A stretch of 25,153 nucleotides of DNA from a virus. Taxonomy: Duplodnaviria > Caudoviricetes. The translations under genes were made by a program, and so were the position numbers. This document shows, piece by piece, positions 23,630 through 25,153 of the stretch. Location: the IMG/VR virus record IMGVR_UViG_3300031162_001157, positions 1 through 25,153 of that record; one strand, given 5' to 3'. How positions within the stretch are numbered: position 1 is the first letter of the stretch; the number at the start of each line of letters is the position of its first letter. Below the pieces are notes generated by a model, which saw nothing but the letters and a program-made list of their open reading frames with translations, did no database searches and was not told the DNA's origin.

Positions 23630-25149
23630 GCTATTTCTTCAGCTTCTTCTACAAGCAATCTTTTTAAAGTGATCCTGCACATTTTTTTAATGTTGTCAGC
23701 CTGTTTTTGCCCATACTTGGATTTTATTCTTTCCAAAAACTTTTCGTTCATATGGTACTTATTAAAAGCTTCGTCTCTGAATTTTAGGATCTGCCAAGGC
23801 TTTAGCGAATCTGTTTCGGAGCAAACAGAATCATAAGAATGAAAAGAATATCCAGAGTATTCTTCTGGGAGCCTGTGACCCTTGGCGACAGCATCGGCAT
23901 ATAGCTGACTTCCCGGAAGAGCCATTGCTGCATAAGCGTTCCATCCAGAAGTGCAAAGCTCTAAACTTAAATCTAAAGTCTCCTGCATTGTTTCCATTGT
24001 GTCTCCCGGAAGCCCAAATATATAATTTGCCATGACTTCTATGCCTGCGTCATGAATTTGGTCAACCACTTCCTTTATTTTAACATCTTTGAATTTACCT
24101 TTAGACACTTCAAGTCTAACTTCTCTGCTACTAGACTCAATTCCCAAGGCTATATATTTAACGCCAGCGTCTCTTAACAAAGTAAGCGTCTCTGGGTTAG
24201 AGACAGTATCAATTCTAGAATAAACCCAAAGCTTTAATTTATCTACATACCATTTTTTGCTTAACATTTCACAAACTGGAACGTAGAATTTTTTGTTAAG
24301 TAGGAAAAGCTCGTCGGTTATCTTTATAGTAAAAACTCCCTGCTCTGCAAGTTTGTCAAATTCTTTTATAATAAACTCTGGAGACCAGTATCTCATTTTA
24401 CTATAGTTACCAGCCACTCCAGTTTCTTGATTATCGTCTCTGTTGATAATATTGATAATACAAAAGTTGCAACTAAACTTACAACCCAAAGAAGTTTGAA
24501 TAGCTGCATAAGGAGTTCTAGAATCTTCGTCATATTCTGCGTGCCACATAGGGCTTCGATAAAGATTTAAATCTGGCAAAAGATCCCAAGCGTAACCCGG
24601 TAAATCTTCATCTAAATCAGTTACGACAGATTCGGGTGGGTTAAAAGTAGGCTCTCCATTTTTTCTATAAGCTATTCCTTTTACGTTAGCGAGAGTTAAT
24701 TCATTTATGGACCCGAGAGATAGAACTCTTAACAGTGATTTTACTCCTTCATTAGTAAATACAAAATCTATAGAAGGCTCTTCGCTTAAAGCTTTGAGAG
24801 GCAAAGCTTGCACATACGAGCCTACAAAAGCTATAGGTATAGATAGATTATCTTTAATGTACGTGCTGAGCCTCACGGCTCCGCTCATACTGACGACACC
24901 AGCGTTAACATTTTGCCCGTAAACAACAAAGCAAATAAGCTTAGGTTTAAGAGAGCTTATTCTCTCTAAACTTTGTTTATCAGATAAATTTTCGGCCAGA
25001 GTATCTAGTATGCCTACGTTATAACCTTTGCTTCTAGCGGCTTGAGCTAAGAGTAAAGCCCAAGTGGGAGGCTCTATTGCGCTATAGTCGTTGGATAAAT
25101 CTTGATATACTGCGCCAGAATTATTTGGAGATACAAATAATACGTCCAT
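23626..25149 (-). CDS. Cobalamin-binding radical SAM enzyme (class B methyltransferase-like)
   Basis: N-terminal B12-binding-like domain (EPPTWALLLA, VGSYVQALP, VFTNEG), TSLGCKFSCNFC (CxxxCxxC), ITDELF, LGIES and YIFGLPGDT. Confidence 0.9.
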   Translation of the reverse strand: MDVLFVSPNNSGAVYQDLSNDYSAIEPPTWALLLAQAARSKGYNVGILDTLAENLSDKQSLERISSLKPKLICFVVYGQNVNAGVVSMSGAVRLSTYIKDNLSIPIAFVGSYVQALPLKALSEEPSIDFVFTNEGVKSLLRVLSLGSINELTLANVKGIAYRKNGEPTFNPPESVVTDLDEDLPGYAWDLLPDLNLYRSPMWHAEYDEDSRTPYAAIQTSLGCKFSCNFCIINIINRDDNQETGVAGNYSKMRYWSPEFIIKEFDKLAEQGVFTIKITDELFLLNKKFYVPVCEMLSKKWYVDKLKLWVYSRIDTVSNPETLTLLRDAGVKYIALGIESSSREVRLEVSKGKFKDVKIKEVVDQIHDAGIEVMANYIFGLPGDTMETMQETLDLSLELCTSGWNAYAAMALPGSQLYADAVAKGHRLPEEYSGYSFHSYDSVCSETDSLKPWQILKFRDEAFNKYHMNEKFLERIKSKYGQKQADNIKKMCRITLKRLLVEEAEEIA

Positions 25150-25153
25150 TATA

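Noticed and set aside
2614-24922. All plus-strand ORFs in the track (60-109 aa)
   Set aside because: They lie antisense to well-supported minus-strand genes and show no recognisable motifs, so they are treated as shadow ORFs.
1-25153. Alternative genetic code (stop-codon reassignment as seen in some large phages); tRNA or rRNA genes
   Set aside because: Genes are full length and tile the window in the standard code with TAA, TAG and TGA all used as stops. No intergenic space is long enough for an RNA gene.

Overview
All credible genes lie on the minus strand. They are packed head-to-tail with frequent overlaps and almost no intergenic DNA, in the standard code. The content fits a large dsDNA bacteriophage better than a cellular chromosome; this is an inference from the divergent, clustered replication genes and the absence of cellular housekeeping context. 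In transcription order there are two modules. (1) 25149->11675 is a ~13.5 kb nucleotide-sugar/glycosylation cluster: B12 radical SAM enzyme, His-type ColD-like PLP 3-dehydratase, truncated ThDP E1 alpha and beta subunits, three tandem paralogous GT-A glycosyltransferases, SAM methyltransferase, Fcl/ColC-like reductase, truncated UDP-sugar dehydrogenase, SDR epimerase/decarboxylase, two more GT-like proteins, HldE-type heptose kinase, Nudix hydrolase and Gmd. (2) 11696->76 is a replication/recombination module: RecA-like protein, Vsr/DUF559 nuclease, a tubulin/FtsZ-family GTPase with an acidic Pro-rich N-terminal extension, DnaB, a degenerate DnaG-like primase, an AddB/Cas4-like nuclease and a DNA polymerase III alpha split over two genes. 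A metal-ligand-deficient PHP domain is separated from the catalytic core by a PD-(D/E)XK-like gene, a DnaQ-like exonuclease and a small AT-hook protein. Each of the four intergenic gaps of 15 nt or more carries a sigma70-like -10 element close to the next ATG. One is a near-perfect TTGACA-N17-TACAAT placed for leaderless transcription. All family assignments are from motif recognition by eye; no database searches were run.
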